From: Nitrospirota bacterium
Lineage (GTDB): Bacteria > Nitrospirota > Thermodesulfovibrionia > Thermodesulfovibrionales > UBA9159
Assembly: GCA_963699545.1 (NCBI GenBank)
Contig: CAVOUE010000006.1
Coordinates: 352,001 to 416,000, forward strand
Reading direction: 5' to 3'
DNA length: 64,000 bases
Below are positions 53,027 to 63,488 of this stretch, one piece after another (within the stretch, counting starts at the first letter, position 1; each line of letters begins with the position of its first letter). The position numbers and the translations under genes are program-made. The notes below the pieces were generated by a model. The model did not search any database. It had not been told where the DNA came from and was given only the letters and a program-made list of their open reading frames with translations.

Positions 53027-53062
53027 TCTGATACAAACTCTGATACAAACTCTGAAACAAAC
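53027..53062. repeat. Three 12-bp tandem repeats
   Basis: TCTGATACAAAC x2 plus TCTGAAACAAAC directly before the cupin RBS. Confidence 0.85.
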
Positions 53063-53076
53063 AAGGAGGTGAACAA

Positions 53077-53427
53077 ATGATATCAAAGCCAATGATACAG
53101 GATGCTATTGTAACAGATGGGGATAAGTATTCGGTTGTTCTGGAAAACGAACGCGTTAGGGTGCTCAGATACCACGATACGCCGGGGGACAGAACTTCGC
53201 AACACGCTCACCCCGACTACGTATTGTACGCGGAGTCTTCTTTCAAGCGGCGTTTGACATTTCCTGATGGTCAGAAGCGTGAGGTCGACGTCAAAGCGGG
53301 GAGTGTCGTTTGGATGAAAGGGCATACACACATCGGCGAGAACATAGGAGATACGAATACTGACGTAGTAATTGTGGAACTGAAAGAGAACAGAACGTTA
53401 GACAAGACGGAGAAGAATCTGAAATAA
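53077..53427 (+). CDS. Small cupin-fold protein (cassette)
   Basis: AGGAGG RBS; LENERVRVL...PGDRT..HAHP...H.GEN.G.T....VELK. Confidence 0.8.
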   Translation: MISKPMIQDAIVTDGDKYSVVLENERVRVLRYHDTPGDRTSQHAHPDYVLYAESSFKRRLTFPDGQKREVDVKAGSVVWMKGHTHIGENIGDTNTDVVIVELKENRTLDKTEKNLK

Positions 53428-53452
53428 GCGCGTCAGGCAACTAAACGCTACG

Positions 53453-54415
53453 TTAGCCCACTTCAAGGCCATACTGCCTTATCAGTCTCAGGTCGTCATC
53501 ATAGGGCGTTCCCGCTGTTGTGAGATAATTTCCGGTCAGCAGTGAATCGGCCCCTGCCATGAAGACCATTGAATTGAACTCTCCAAGCGTTTGCCTCCTC
53601 CCTCCGCACACCCGTATCTCCTTTTGAGGGAGTGCGAACCGGTAAAGGCTGATGATCTTCAGGGCATCAAAGGGATGCAAGGGAACCCTGTCCTCCATCG
53701 CTGTTCCCTTGACCGCGATGAGAAAATTAATGGGGACGGAATCCACATCAAGCTCTCTCAGCGCCTGCGCCATCTCTATCCTGTCCTGCCACGACTCACC
53801 GATGCCGAATATACCCCCGGAGCAGAGGGAAAGACCAATGGATTTTGCAGCCATGATCGTCCTTGTCTTGTCCGCATAGGTGTGGGTCGAACAGATCTCA
53901 GGGAAGAACCTCTCCGAAGCTTCAAGGTTATGGTGATACCGCACCAGACCGCTGTCCCTGAGCATCGACAGTTCATCCTTCTCGAGAAGGCCGAGGGTCG
54001 CGCAGGGAAGGAGACCGAGCCCCCGGACCTTTCCGATCATCGAAGCTATCTCCTTCAGCTCTCCCTTGCCCGCCTTCCTTCCGCTGGTGACGATGCAGAA
54101 CCTCTTCACCCCGGCCTCTTTCGCTTCTCTGGCTTTTTCCAATACAGCGCTTTCATTCACAAGGGGATGCACGGGGACATCGGCTTTGCTCTTTGATGAC
54201 TGTGCACAATAGGAACAGTCTTCGGAACATGCGCCCGATTTGGCGTTTATGATGGAGCAGAGATCAACGCTGCTTCCCCTGTATCTTTCCCGTATTTTGC
54301 AGGCCGCGGCAAAGAGCTGAAAGAGCTCACTGCCTGCGAGGGAAGCAATGTGGGACAGGTCGCCTCCGGAAGGCACGTCGCCTGCCAATACTTTCTCTGT
54401 GAGCCTGTCTATCAT
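53453..54415 (-). CDS. bioB: Biotin synthase
   Basis: CSEDCSYCAQS, YHHNLE, CSGGIFG.GE, VPINFL, GNYLTT. Confidence 0.95.
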   Translation of the reverse strand: MIDRLTEKVLAGDVPSGGDLSHIASLAGSELFQLFAAACKIRERYRGSSVDLCSIINAKSGACSEDCSYCAQSSKSKADVPVHPLVNESAVLEKAREAKEAGVKRFCIVTSGRKAGKGELKEIASMIGKVRGLGLLPCATLGLLEKDELSMLRDSGLVRYHHNLEASERFFPEICSTHTYADKTRTIMAAKSIGLSLCSGGIFGIGESWQDRIEMAQALRELDVDSVPINFLIAVKGTAMEDRVPLHPFDALKIISLYRFALPQKEIRVCGGRRQTLGEFNSMVFMAGADSLLTGNYLTTAGTPYDDDLRLIRQYGLEVG

Positions 54416-54418
54416 TAT

Positions 54419-55495
54419 TCAGTCGTTGACAGACTCAATGATCCTGGCTTTATCGGTGACTTCCCTGACAGTCACGGACCCTATCTTCTGAGGGAGGATA
54501 AACTTCAACTTTCCCGCCACCGCCTTCTTGTCGAGACGCATCGAGGAAAGGACCCCCTCTGCATCAACGTCCGACCGTATCTCTGAAGGCAGTCCATACG
54601 CCGCTATGAGGGAACGCACCCGCTCTACCTCTCCCCCGTCCATATAGCCAAGGTGCGAAGAGAGCCTTGCCTCGAGATACATCCCTATGGCCACGGCCTC
54701 CCCGTGCAGATACGTTGTGTATCCGGTGGCCGTTTCCAGCGCATGGCCTATCGTATGGCCGTAATTCAGGATCGCCCTCAGCCCACCCTCTCTTTCGTCC
54801 CTGGAGACGATCTCCGACTTGATCTCACAGGAACGCTTGATGATATGCTCTAGGGCATGCCGGTCAAGGTTCAGTATCTTTTCCCTGTTCTCCTCAAGGA
54901 ACCGGAAAAGCTCCTCGTCCCATATGACGCCGTACTTGATGACTTCGGCCATCCCGGCAATGAACTGACGCTTCGGCAGTGATGCAAGCGTGCTAATATC
55001 CGCCCATACGAGCCCCGGCTGATAGAACGTCCCTATCATGTTCTTCCCGAGAGGATGGTTCACCCCGGTCTTTCCGCCTACGGAGCTGTCCACTTGGGCA
55101 AGAAGGGTCGTGGGGACCTGAATGAACGGGATCCCTCTCATATAGGCTGAGGCGACGAACCCGGTGATATCGCCGATCACGCCGCCGCCAAGGGCGATCA
55201 ACGCAGACGCCCTGTCGAACCTCTGTTTAAGAAGTTCTCCGAAGAGGTAATAAGCCCAGAGGAGCTCCTTGTACCCCTCACCGTCAGGGATGAGGATCAC
55301 GGGCGCATCGAACCCGGCCTTGCTCAGGGAATCGGAAACCCTGGCGCCGTAGAACCCGTGAACGGTCGGATTGCTGATAACGGCCACGCGGCTGGGATGA
55401 AGCCCCTTCACCTTTTCGCCAAGGTCCCTGAGCGTGTCAGCGCCGATAAAGATGCCGTAACTCCTCTCTCCGAGCTCAACCCTTATCTCCTGCAT
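54419..55495 (-). CDS. aroB: 3-dehydroquinate synthase
   Basis: GGGVIGD, PTTLLAQVDSSVGGKT, LNYGHTIGHA, HGEAV. Confidence 0.96.
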   Translation of the reverse strand: MQEIRVELGERSYGIFIGADTLRDLGEKVKGLHPSRVAVISNPTVHGFYGARVSDSLSKAGFDAPVILIPDGEGYKELLWAYYLFGELLKQRFDRASALIALGGGVIGDITGFVASAYMRGIPFIQVPTTLLAQVDSSVGGKTGVNHPLGKNMIGTFYQPGLVWADISTLASLPKRQFIAGMAEVIKYGVIWDEELFRFLEENREKILNLDRHALEHIIKRSCEIKSEIVSRDEREGGLRAILNYGHTIGHALETATGYTTYLHGEAVAIGMYLEARLSSHLGYMDGGEVERVRSLIAAYGLPSEIRSDVDAEGVLSSMRLDKKAVAGKLKFILPQKIGSVTVREVTDKARIIESVND

Positions 55496-55993
55496 CCCAT
55501 CCTCTCCAGTATCTCCTTTGCGACAAGAAAGGGAGACTTCTCATCGGTTTCGATCATGATATCCGCCTTCTCGTAAAAGGGCTTCCTGAATTCCAGAAGC
55601 TCTTTAATCTTTTTGAGCGGGTCCTTCACCTGGAGAAGGGGTCTTTCATCGTTGCCCCTGGTCCTTCCGAGGACCGTCTCCCGGACTTGCCCAGAGACAT
55701 ACGATAACCCCATGCTCTCTGAGGATATCCATGTTCTCCTGCCGGAGGACCGCTCCGCCGCCCGTGGAGATGATCACGCTCCGGTCCTGCGAAACTTTCC
55801 TTATCATCCCGGTCTCTATATCCCTGAAGGCGGGTTCCCCGAGCGTGCTGAAGATCTCATGTATGGTCATGTTCCGGGCCTTGACGATCTCATCGTCCAC
55901 ATCGATGATCTTCCACCCAAGGATCCGGGAAAGCTCTCTTCCCACCGCCGTCTTGCCCGCACCCATGAAACCGGTAAGAACAATGTTCTTCAT
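55483..55993 (-). CDS. aroK: Shikimate kinase (apparent +1 indel near 55681)
   Basis: GFMGAGKT, GEPAFR, STGGG; C-terminal RPLL...R.PFY in shifted frame. Confidence 0.9.
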
Positions 55994-56031
55994 TTATGAG
56001 CTAACCTTCTTGATTCAGCCTTCGATTCTTG

Positions 56032-56195
56032 CCACAGAGGCACTGAGACACAGAGATAAACCTAAAAAGACTGAACGTTTCATGCTTCATCGATTCCTTG
56101 AGATTCAAAACCCTCCGAGCCTGATCCAAAAAAATCTTGACGTAATCTTGAGGCTGAAATGCGCTTGTCTTCTCCGTGCCTCGGTGTCTCTGTGG
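56032..56195. repeat. Intergenic element bounded by inverted octamer-period arms
   Basis: CCACAGAG GCACTGAG ACACAGAG (56032-56055) versus CTCCGTGC CTCGGTGT CTCTGTGG (56172-56195). Confidence 0.75.
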
Positions 56196-56209
56196 TTAAT
56201 TGTCTTTTG

Positions 56210-57459
56210 TCAGAATTGTTTTACATATTCCGTGTACGACCTATAGTTCCTCATAACCTCTTCCATGTCGTCTCCGCCGAACTTCTCGAGAAAGGCATCA
56301 GCAATGACCAGGGCAGTCATCGCTTCACCGACTACCGCTGCCGCCGGCACCGCGCAGACGTCAGAACGCTCGTAGGCAGCCTCGATCGGCTCCTTGCTGA
56401 CCATATCCACAGAATTGAGGGGTCTCCTCAACGTAGGGATCGGCTTCATGCCCGCCCTGATGGTAACGGGCATTCCGTTCGTCATGCCTCCCTCGATCCC
56501 GCCTGCGTTGTTGGTCTTCCGGTAAAAACCAGGGCGTAACGTGTAACGTGCAGCGTGTGGAGAACCCGGGGTGTTGACCTTTGACTTCCGACTTCTCGCT
56601 TCTGGCTTCTGCTCGTAGAATATCTCATCCATAACCTCGGAACCGGACCTGCCCGACATCTCAAATCCGAGGCCGACCTCCACCGCCTTGATCGCCTGAA
56701 CGGACATCAGCGCCCGGGCGAGTCTTCCGTCCAATCTTCTGTCCCACTGGATGTAGCTTCCCACCCCAGGCGGAACGCCTGTCACAAATACCTCGAAAAC
56801 ACCCCCGAGGGAGTTACCCTCCTTCATGGCGCTCTTAATGACCGAGACCATTTTCTTGGAAGCATCCGCATCAGGACACCTCACCGACGAGGTCTCAGCT
56901 TTCTCAAACATTTCGAAAAGTTCTTTTTCCTTAAGCTGACTGCTGACCGCTGACCGCTGACTGCCTATCTGTATCACATAACTTCCGACCCTGATACCGA
57001 ATTCGGAGAGGAATCTCTTTGCCACAGCCCCCAGGGCGACCCTCATGGCGGTTTCCCTCGCACTTGACCGCTCCAGGATGTTCCGTATGTCGTCCTGGTG
57101 ATACTTTATGGCCCCTGACAGGTCCGCATGCCCCGGCCTCGGCTTTGTTACCGGAGGTATCGAGCCCTTGAACCCGGCATCTTCGGACATGCCCTCAGCC
57201 CAGTTCTTGTGATCCCTGTTCTCTATCAGAAGGGCGATGGGAGAACCGATGGTCTTGCCCCAGCGGACCCCGGAGAGGATCTCGGCATGGTCCGACTCAA
57301 TCTTCATCCTTCCCCCCTGCCGAAGCCGGACTGTCTTCTTTTCAGTTCGACGTCGATATCAGAGGAAGAAAGGGCAAGGTTTGCCGGAACGCCTTCCAGA
57401 ATCCCGGTGAGGGCCTTTCCATGGGATTCCCCTGCGGTAAGAAATCTAAGGCTTGACAT
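56210..57459 (-). CDS. aroC: Chorismate synthase (apparent missing G near 57315)
   Basis: [44 protein letters not shown]. Confidence 0.95.
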
Positions 57460-57493
57460 GGCACATTGTGTCCAATCCTCTCCGGTCTCCGGC

Positions 57494-59605
57494 CTATTCC
57501 CTGCGTCTCAGAATCGCCGCAAGCAGGAGGGGCATCAGCATCACCGCAAAGTCAGCCACCGCCGTGGGGGTGTTCTGACGTGCGCCGACAGAGCAGCCGC
57601 CTCCTCCTCCCCCGCCACTGCTGCTGCCGCCCCCGTCTCCTGAACTCTGGGTTGTTGCGGAGGCTTCATTGGAATAGAGGGAATTCCCTGCTGCTGCACT
57701 GAAGGCCCTGACCCTGTGAGTAAAAGAGGTGCCGGGGGGAAGCCCTGACTGCGTGAACGTCGTGGTGTTCGGCCCCACAGTTGCTGTCTGGACAAAGCCA
57801 CCTGCATCCTTCCTTTCAATGGCATATCCCTCTTCACTCTGTGAGTTGTCTGTCCATGTAAGCATTATCTGCGTTGTGGATATCCCGGTAGCGGTGAGCC
57901 CGGTGGGAGGGTTCAGGGGTGTTGTGACGGACGCCTCACCGGAATAAGAAGAATCTCCCTCTATGAGAGCACCCCCTGGAGGATTGGGGAGGGAGTTAAA
58001 TGCCCTCACTCTGTATGTCGATGTCGTGCCGTCAGCAAGACCATTGTCGGTAAATGTGGTCACGTTCGCAGCGAGTGTTGTTATCTCGCTGAAAGAGCCT
58101 CCTCCAGTTTTCTTCTCAACTTTGTACCCGTCCTCACCTGTAGCGTTGTCCGTCCACGTGAGACCGATCTGGGTCGCGGATGTTGCTGAGGCAGTAAGGT
58201 TGGTCGGTGTCAGCAGGGATGACAATGCCTTGTATGCATTGATCCTTCCTCCTGTCATTATCTTGCCATTGAGCGTTGGCAATACATCGACGTACCTTAG
58301 GATTGTCCCGCGTATCTGGGAATAGGTGAAGTTCGTGTAGTAACTGTATAGCAATCCCGCCAGGCCCGAGACAAAAGGGGTCGACATGGAAGTGCCGGAT
58401 ATGAAACCGTACGTACTCGGCAGAAGGGTACTCAGAATGCTTACCCCCGGCGCCGCAACATGAACCGAGTTGCCGAAATTCGAAAAAAACGCCAGGCTGT
58501 CGCCCTGGTCCGTGGCGGTAACGGATATTATATTCGGCAAACTGTAATTCGCCGGATAATTCGGCGCCTGATCATTACTTGTTCCGTCATTGCCGGCAGC
58601 GGCCATGAGGAGAACCCCTGCACTGTTCGCGGCGCTCACTGCAGCAAGCTCGGACTGCGCAACACCACCACCCGCAAAACTCGCATTCATCGCCTTTATA
58701 TTCACTCCCCTGTTCTTCATCATCACCGCGTAGTCAATGGCAGCGACCTCATCTCCAATGGACCCGTCACCATCTGCATTGAGGAACTTCAACGGCATGA
58801 GCTTCACATTCCACACCACACCGGCAACGCCTGTCCCGTTATTTCCAACTGCGCCCACAATCCCGGACACATGGGTTCCATGGCCCTCGCTGTCGTTATC
58901 CATGGGGTTGTTCCCCGGTAATTTTGGGATAATGCAGGCGAACGTCGATTGATTAAACTCTGCGCACGTAGTGAAATCCCATCCTCTACAGTCGTTAATA
59001 AACCCATTGCCGTCATGATCGATGCCGTCAGTACAAGTCTCCCCCGGATTTGTCCATATATTCTGCGTCAAATCAGGATGATTAAGATCGATCCCCGTAT
59101 CCACGACCGCAATAACAACGGTGCTGTTCCCCGTGCTGATATCCCACGCCTGGGGCGCATTTATCTTCGGGAGTGCATATTGCTGGCTGAAAAACGGATC
59201 ATTGGGCGTCACCGAAGCCCGTCTTATATAATTAGGCTCGGCATATTCCACGGTCGGGTCTGACATATATTTGATAATTCCATCTCTTACCGAAAGGCCC
59301 TGGGGAAGCTTCACGTGTTCAAGATTGGGGACAAGAGCATACCTCCGGAGCGATGTCGCGCCCAACGCCTGGTGTGTCTTCAGAGAGGAAGCGGCCAGGA
59401 CTCCTCCCCTGAACTTCACAAGAAGTTCTCCTTCCCTGTATTTCCCCCTTTCCATAGTGGATAAAACAGACTGAACCGAGACCCGGGAAGAGCTGACCTC
59501 GTTCGACGCAGCTGAAATGGGAGAATCCGAAGAAAGCCCAGGGGTCTTATCGCTCCCGCAGGATACCAGGAACAGGAACAGGAAAGTGTAAACAATTCTC
59601 TTCAT
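57494..59605 (-). CDS. Subtilisin-family (S8) lipoprotein with two FN3 domains and Gly-rich Cys-TM-basic C-terminal signal
   Basis: LVSC lipobox; [23 protein letters not shown]; tail [11 protein letters not shown]...TM...RRRE. Confidence 0.9.
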   Translation of the reverse strand: MKRIVYTFLFLFLVSCGSDKTPGLSSDSPISAASNEVSSSRVSVQSVLSTMERGKYREGELLVKFRGGVLAASSLKTHQALGATSLRRYALVPNLEHVKLPQGLSVRDGIIKYMSDPTVEYAEPNYIRRASVTPNDPFFSQQYALPKINAPQAWDISTGNSTVVIAVVDTGIDLNHPDLTQNIWTNPGETCTDGIDHDGNGFINDCRGWDFTTCAEFNQSTFACIIPKLPGNNPMDNDSEGHGTHVSGIVGAVGNNGTGVAGVVWNVKLMPLKFLNADGDGSIGDEVAAIDYAVMMKNRGVNIKAMNASFAGGGVAQSELAAVSAANSAGVLLMAAAGNDGTSNDQAPNYPANYSLPNIISVTATDQGDSLAFFSNFGNSVHVAAPGVSILSTLLPSTYGFISGTSMSTPFVSGLAGLLYSYYTNFTYSQIRGTILRYVDVLPTLNGKIMTGGRINAYKALSSLLTPTNLTASATSATQIGLTWTDNATGEDGYKVEKKTGGGSFSEITTLAANVTTFTDNGLADGTTSTYRVRAFNSLPNPPGGALIEGDSSYSGEASVTTPLNPPTGLTATGISTTQIMLTWTDNSQSEEGYAIERKDAGGFVQTATVGPNTTTFTQSGLPPGTSFTHRVRAFSAAAGNSLYSNEASATTQSSGDGGGSSSGGGGGGGCSVGARQNTPTAVADFAVMLMPLLLAAILRRRE

Positions 59606-59638
59606 TTTTTCCCCTCACGTGGAACTTTTTGTTTACCG

Positions 59639-60196
59639 TTAGAGTATATCATAAACTCCCAAAAACACAATATTTGAGGCGAAATGAAAGATGGCGGACG
59701 GCAGGACATTTGATGTCCGACAATAGAGAAAGCCCATCACCAGGGAAGGGAAGAACGTCAATAACGCATAGGGGTCACGGTAGATAACAAACTGAGGAAG
59801 ATGCACGAGAGCGAACAGGAGACTCACCACGACGACTCCCTTCATCGTGTTGCCCAGCCTCTCCTGGAGGAATCCCCTGAAATAGACCTCCTCAGGGAGG
59901 GAGACACCGAGGAGCTGAAAGATCACGGCGCTCACAGGTAATACCATAAAAGGTCTTCCCGGCTGGGAAGCGAAATACCAGAAGGGTAACAACACTGCGG
60001 CGGATACGGCAATGCCCGTTGCCGCGTCCCTCACCGAGAATCTGAGATGGAGAGTTCGCTGGAAGAGAACCGGCGCACCAAGAAGATAGAGCGGGATCAG
60101 GTACTTGAAGAGGGGCCGGGGAAAGGCGTGATATGCACACACCAGTACGAACAGTATCAGGTATGTAGAGAGTGTCTTTCCCCTCCGGATATCCAG
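59639..60196 (-). CDS. CPBP/Abi-family glutamic intramembrane protease (myxosortase-like); start uncertain
   Basis: EEVYFRGFLQ, FALVH, TFFPSL, AIFHFASN; multiple TM segments. Confidence 0.85.
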   Translation of the reverse strand: MDIRRGKTLSTYLILFVLVCAYHAFPRPLFKYLIPLYLLGAPVLFQRTLHLRFSVRDAATGIAVSAAVLLPFWYFASQPGRPFMVLPVSAVIFQLLGVSLPEEVYFRGFLQERLGNTMKGVVVVSLLFALVHLPQFVIYRDPYALLTFFPSLVMGFLYCRTSNVLPSAIFHFASNIVFLGVYDIL

Positions 60197-60216
60197 TCTA
60201 ACCCTTATCCCTCAAA

Positions 60217-61992
60217 TTATCTCTTGCGCCTTAATAGTGCTGCGAGCAGTAACGGCGTCAGCAGCACGGCGAGGTCGGCCATTGCCGTTGGAGCATTCTG
60301 TTTTGCACTTATGGAACAGCCACCGCCGGAAGAGGATTGCTGGGGCTCTGGTGAAGGTGTCGGCAGCGTCGTTGCGGATGCCTCGTTCGAGTAGGCAGAA
60401 TCCGCGGGGATTGTATTGAACGCCCTCACCCTGTATGTGTAGCTCGTGTTTGCGACCAGACCGCCATCCGTAAACGTATACGCCACCGGAGGCTGAGGAA
60501 TGACATTCGGCCTCGATATCGGCGCGATCGTTGTTATCTGGACATAGGCACCGTTCCCCAACTTTCTCTCTATCTTGTACCCATCTTCACCTGTGGCATT
60601 CCCTGCCCATGCAAGCGAAATCTCTGTTGAGGAGGTAGCGTTGGCGGTAAGGCCTGTCGGTTGCTGCAGGGATGATACCGCCCTATACGCATTGATCCTC
60701 GCTCTTGTCTGAACCAGGACATTATTGTCCGGCAGCAGATCGGCATATCTCAGAATCGTTGCCCGAACCTGAGAGTAGGTGAAATCGGAGTAGTAGCTGA
60801 AGAGCAATCCCGCAAGCCCCGAGACGTGAGGGGCAGCCATGGAAGTGCCGTCACAAAAATCATAGCTCACGACAAAAGAATTGCTGCAGAGAGATCTAAA
60901 ACTCCCTGCTACACCGGTCGCGGGCACCGTGCTCAGGATGTACACGCCGGGCGCGGTGACATGGACCGAATTGAGACCGAAGTTGCTAAATGTCGCCATC
61001 TTGTCAGTCTGGTCAGTGGCAGCAACGGAGATGATATTGGGCAGCGGGTAACTTGCGGGATATACCGGATTCACATCATTGTTGTTCGAATCATTCCCCG
61101 CAGCAGCGACCACCAGCGCTCCCGCATTCCTTGCGAAATCGATGGCATCAAGCACGGTCTGGGAAAAACCAAATCCGCCGAGGCTCAGATTGATCACTTT
61201 CGCTCCGTTTGAAGCGGCAAAGGTGATGCCGGACGCTACGGCGCTTATCGGACACGCATCGGAAGCACATACCTTTACCGGCATCAAACGCGCATTCCAG
61301 ATCACTCCGCTGGTTCCTAACCCGTTATTCCCGAGCGCGCCGATAATACCTGCCACATGGGTCCCGTGCCCGTCAATGTCGGAGGTGTCCGCATTGTCGT
61401 CAATGAAATTAAAGCCTGGGATAACATTATTCAGCAGGTCGACGTGGTTCGGGTCCACGCCCGAATCAGCCACCGCCACGATCACATTGCTGTTCTTCAC
61501 TATATCCCATGCCCACGGCGCCCTTATGTCCGCACCTTCCTTGCCGCTTGCGAATTGGCCGGTATTGTAAAGCCCCCACTGCTGCGGGAAAAAATATGTG
61601 TCATTCGGAAGAATGAAGGGATGCATCACGTAGTTAGGCTCGGCATACGCCACGCCGGGATCCGACATGTACCGGATGATCGCATCTTTCACCGAAAGAC
61701 CCTGCGGAAGCCTGACGTGATCGACATTTATGAGGGCGATCTTTCTTACAGGCGCCGCGCCGACGGACTGATGAGTCTGCAATGAAGCTGCCGTGAGCAC
61801 CCCCGGCTTGAACTTCACAAGAAGCTCTCCTTCTTTATACCTTCCCTTTTCCATAGTGGATAAAATAGACTGAACGGTGACCTTTGGGGCGCTGACCTCC
61901 TTTGACGCATCCGGGGCAAGGCTTGAGGTAGTGCCGCTCCCGCAGGATACCAACAAAAGAACCATAAAAAGATAGATAATCTTATTCTTCAT
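60217..61992 (-). CDS. Subtilisin-family (S8) lipoprotein with one FN3 domain and the same C-terminal signal
   Basis: LVSC; VADSG, HGTHVAG, AAGN, GTSMAAP; tail SSGGGCSIS...TM...RRKR. Confidence 0.9.
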   Translation of the reverse strand: MKNKIIYLFMVLLLVSCGSGTTSSLAPDASKEVSAPKVTVQSILSTMEKGRYKEGELLVKFKPGVLTAASLQTHQSVGAAPVRKIALINVDHVRLPQGLSVKDAIIRYMSDPGVAYAEPNYVMHPFILPNDTYFFPQQWGLYNTGQFASGKEGADIRAPWAWDIVKNSNVIVAVADSGVDPNHVDLLNNVIPGFNFIDDNADTSDIDGHGTHVAGIIGALGNNGLGTSGVIWNARLMPVKVCASDACPISAVASGITFAASNGAKVINLSLGGFGFSQTVLDAIDFARNAGALVVAAAGNDSNNNDVNPVYPASYPLPNIISVAATDQTDKMATFSNFGLNSVHVTAPGVYILSTVPATGVAGSFRSLCSNSFVVSYDFCDGTSMAAPHVSGLAGLLFSYYSDFTYSQVRATILRYADLLPDNNVLVQTRARINAYRAVSSLQQPTGLTANATSSTEISLAWAGNATGEDGYKIERKLGNGAYVQITTIAPISRPNVIPQPPVAYTFTDGGLVANTSYTYRVRAFNTIPADSAYSNEASATTLPTPSPEPQQSSSGGGCSISAKQNAPTAMADLAVLLTPLLLAALLRRKR

Positions 61993-62253
61993 CTTGTCCT
62001 CTCCTTAAATTAAAAGAGTTTTTATCTATTCCACCTTAAATTGAAGCACATTAATTCTTTATTGTCAAGTATTTTTAGACTTTTATTAGAGTTTTTTGTT
62101 AAGAAATATTGCTTTATTTTATAAAGGGATAAGGGAGGAGTTCCTGAACCGAATATTTTTTGATACCGGCATCAGATGCCAGATATATTTCGATGTCGGG
62201 GGCGAACTCCACAAGCAATGTATCGACGTCGGCAGGAACCATCGTTGTTGCAG

Positions 62254-62329
62254 GCGGTCAGCTATCAGTTGTCAGCGGTCAGCAAGAAAGACTAAAAGGC
62301 TTAGAGCTAATGGCTGAAAGCTGATTGCT
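62254..62329. repeat. Inverted heptamer-period repeat arms
   Basis: GCGGTCA GCTATCA GTTGTCA GCGGTCA ... GCTAATG GCTGAAA GCTGATT. Confidence 0.75.
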
Positions 62330-62332
62330 CTC

Positions 62333-63064
62333 TTAGTAATTCATTATCTCGAGCAGGTCTTCCATGTCCTTTTCGTCGTCGCCCCTGAGAAGCAGCTTCT
62401 TTTCTCTCATATCGCTCATCGCCTTTTCCCTGTTCCCCCGGTAAGAAGGATCCATGTCCACAGCCTTTTTCAGGGCGGTGGCGGCATCCCCGTATCTTCC
62501 CAAAGCGTTATAACAGAGGGCAAGCCCGTAATAGGGCTGATGAAAATCGGAATTTCTCTTTGCCGCCTCCCGATAGGCATCCATTGACTCATCATATCTC
62601 TTTATCCTGTAGTATGCCCTGCCCAGATTGTTGAAAGCCCTGTCCGTGTTCCGGTACAGGGGATTCGCGATCGCAGCCTTGTAGGAACTCACCGCGTCAT
62701 CGTACTTCCCCAGTTTCTCATAGGCGCCCCCCAGATTGTTTGACGCCTCAGAGAAGCTCTTGTCCACCTTGAGGGCCCTCTGGAAATACTCTATCGCCCT
62801 GGGATAGTCTTCGAGTTTCATAAGGTAGATGACACCGATGCCGTTGAGGACCTCCTTGTCCATGGGGTTAAGCTCAAGGGCCTTCTGGAACTCCACAAAG
62901 GCCGGCTGGATATTGTTGTCATTAAGGTAGGATAGGCCCAACTGGCGGTGGGCTGATGCCTTCTGCGCCTTTTCCTCATTGGACGTCGTCGCACAGGCCC
63001 CCACCAGGAGAACGGGCATCAGGGTCAGAGCGACCAGTACACAGACGAATTTCTGTCTTACCAT
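62333..63064 (-). CDS. TPR lipoprotein (PilF/PilW-like)
   Basis: Lipobox VGAC; TPRs; NPLY...AFNNLG. Confidence 0.75.
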   Translation of the reverse strand: MVRQKFVCVLVALTLMPVLLVGACATTSNEEKAQKASAHRQLGLSYLNDNNIQPAFVEFQKALELNPMDKEVLNGIGVIYLMKLEDYPRAIEYFQRALKVDKSFSEASNNLGGAYEKLGKYDDAVSSYKAAIANPLYRNTDRAFNNLGRAYYRIKRYDESMDAYREAAKRNSDFHQPYYGLALCYNALGRYGDAATALKKAVDMDPSYRGNREKAMSDMREKKLLLRGDDEKDMEDLLEIMNY

Positions 63065-63413
63065 ATCGATCACTAAAATTATCAGAAAGGTCTCGTACAT
63101 GTAAAGAACAAATTTTGCCTCTGTGCGCATCAAGGGACCACTTCCACTCCCTGATTCCCCCGCAGTATTGCGTCCTGTCCTCATCAAATACTTTTCTTGG
63201 GGGGGAGGGAATTCATATGGATGGCAGTCTTGAATAGAGTATAACTGGTGGACTGGACCAATGACGTCATGGCACGGCTCCAATGGCGAAAGAACGCATA
63301 ATTTGTCATTATACGCTGCCATTTTTTGCTCATCACTCTTGACCCCACTTCTTCCTTCTTCAACAAATACTTTTAATTTCGTCAGTTATAGCACGGGGAG
63401 CATTCAAAATATC

Positions 63414-63429
63414 AGGCATGTTGATTGCA
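63414..63429 (+). promoter_or_regulatory. Putative sigma54 promoter
   Basis: AGGCATGTTGATTGCA: GG-N10-GC with TTGC at -12. Confidence 0.55.
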
Positions 63430-63488
63430 TATTTTTTTTGAAGCCCAGTAGTACCACAATGACCAAGGAAGATAAGAGGAGATCCGAT

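Noticed and set aside
53027-53062. CRISPR-like repeat
   Set aside because: 12-bp units without spacers; no cas genes
53433-53458. Fourth attC after the cupin gene (GGCAAC...GTTAGCC)
   Set aside because: Too short, no L boxes; GTTAGCC overlaps the bioB stop codon
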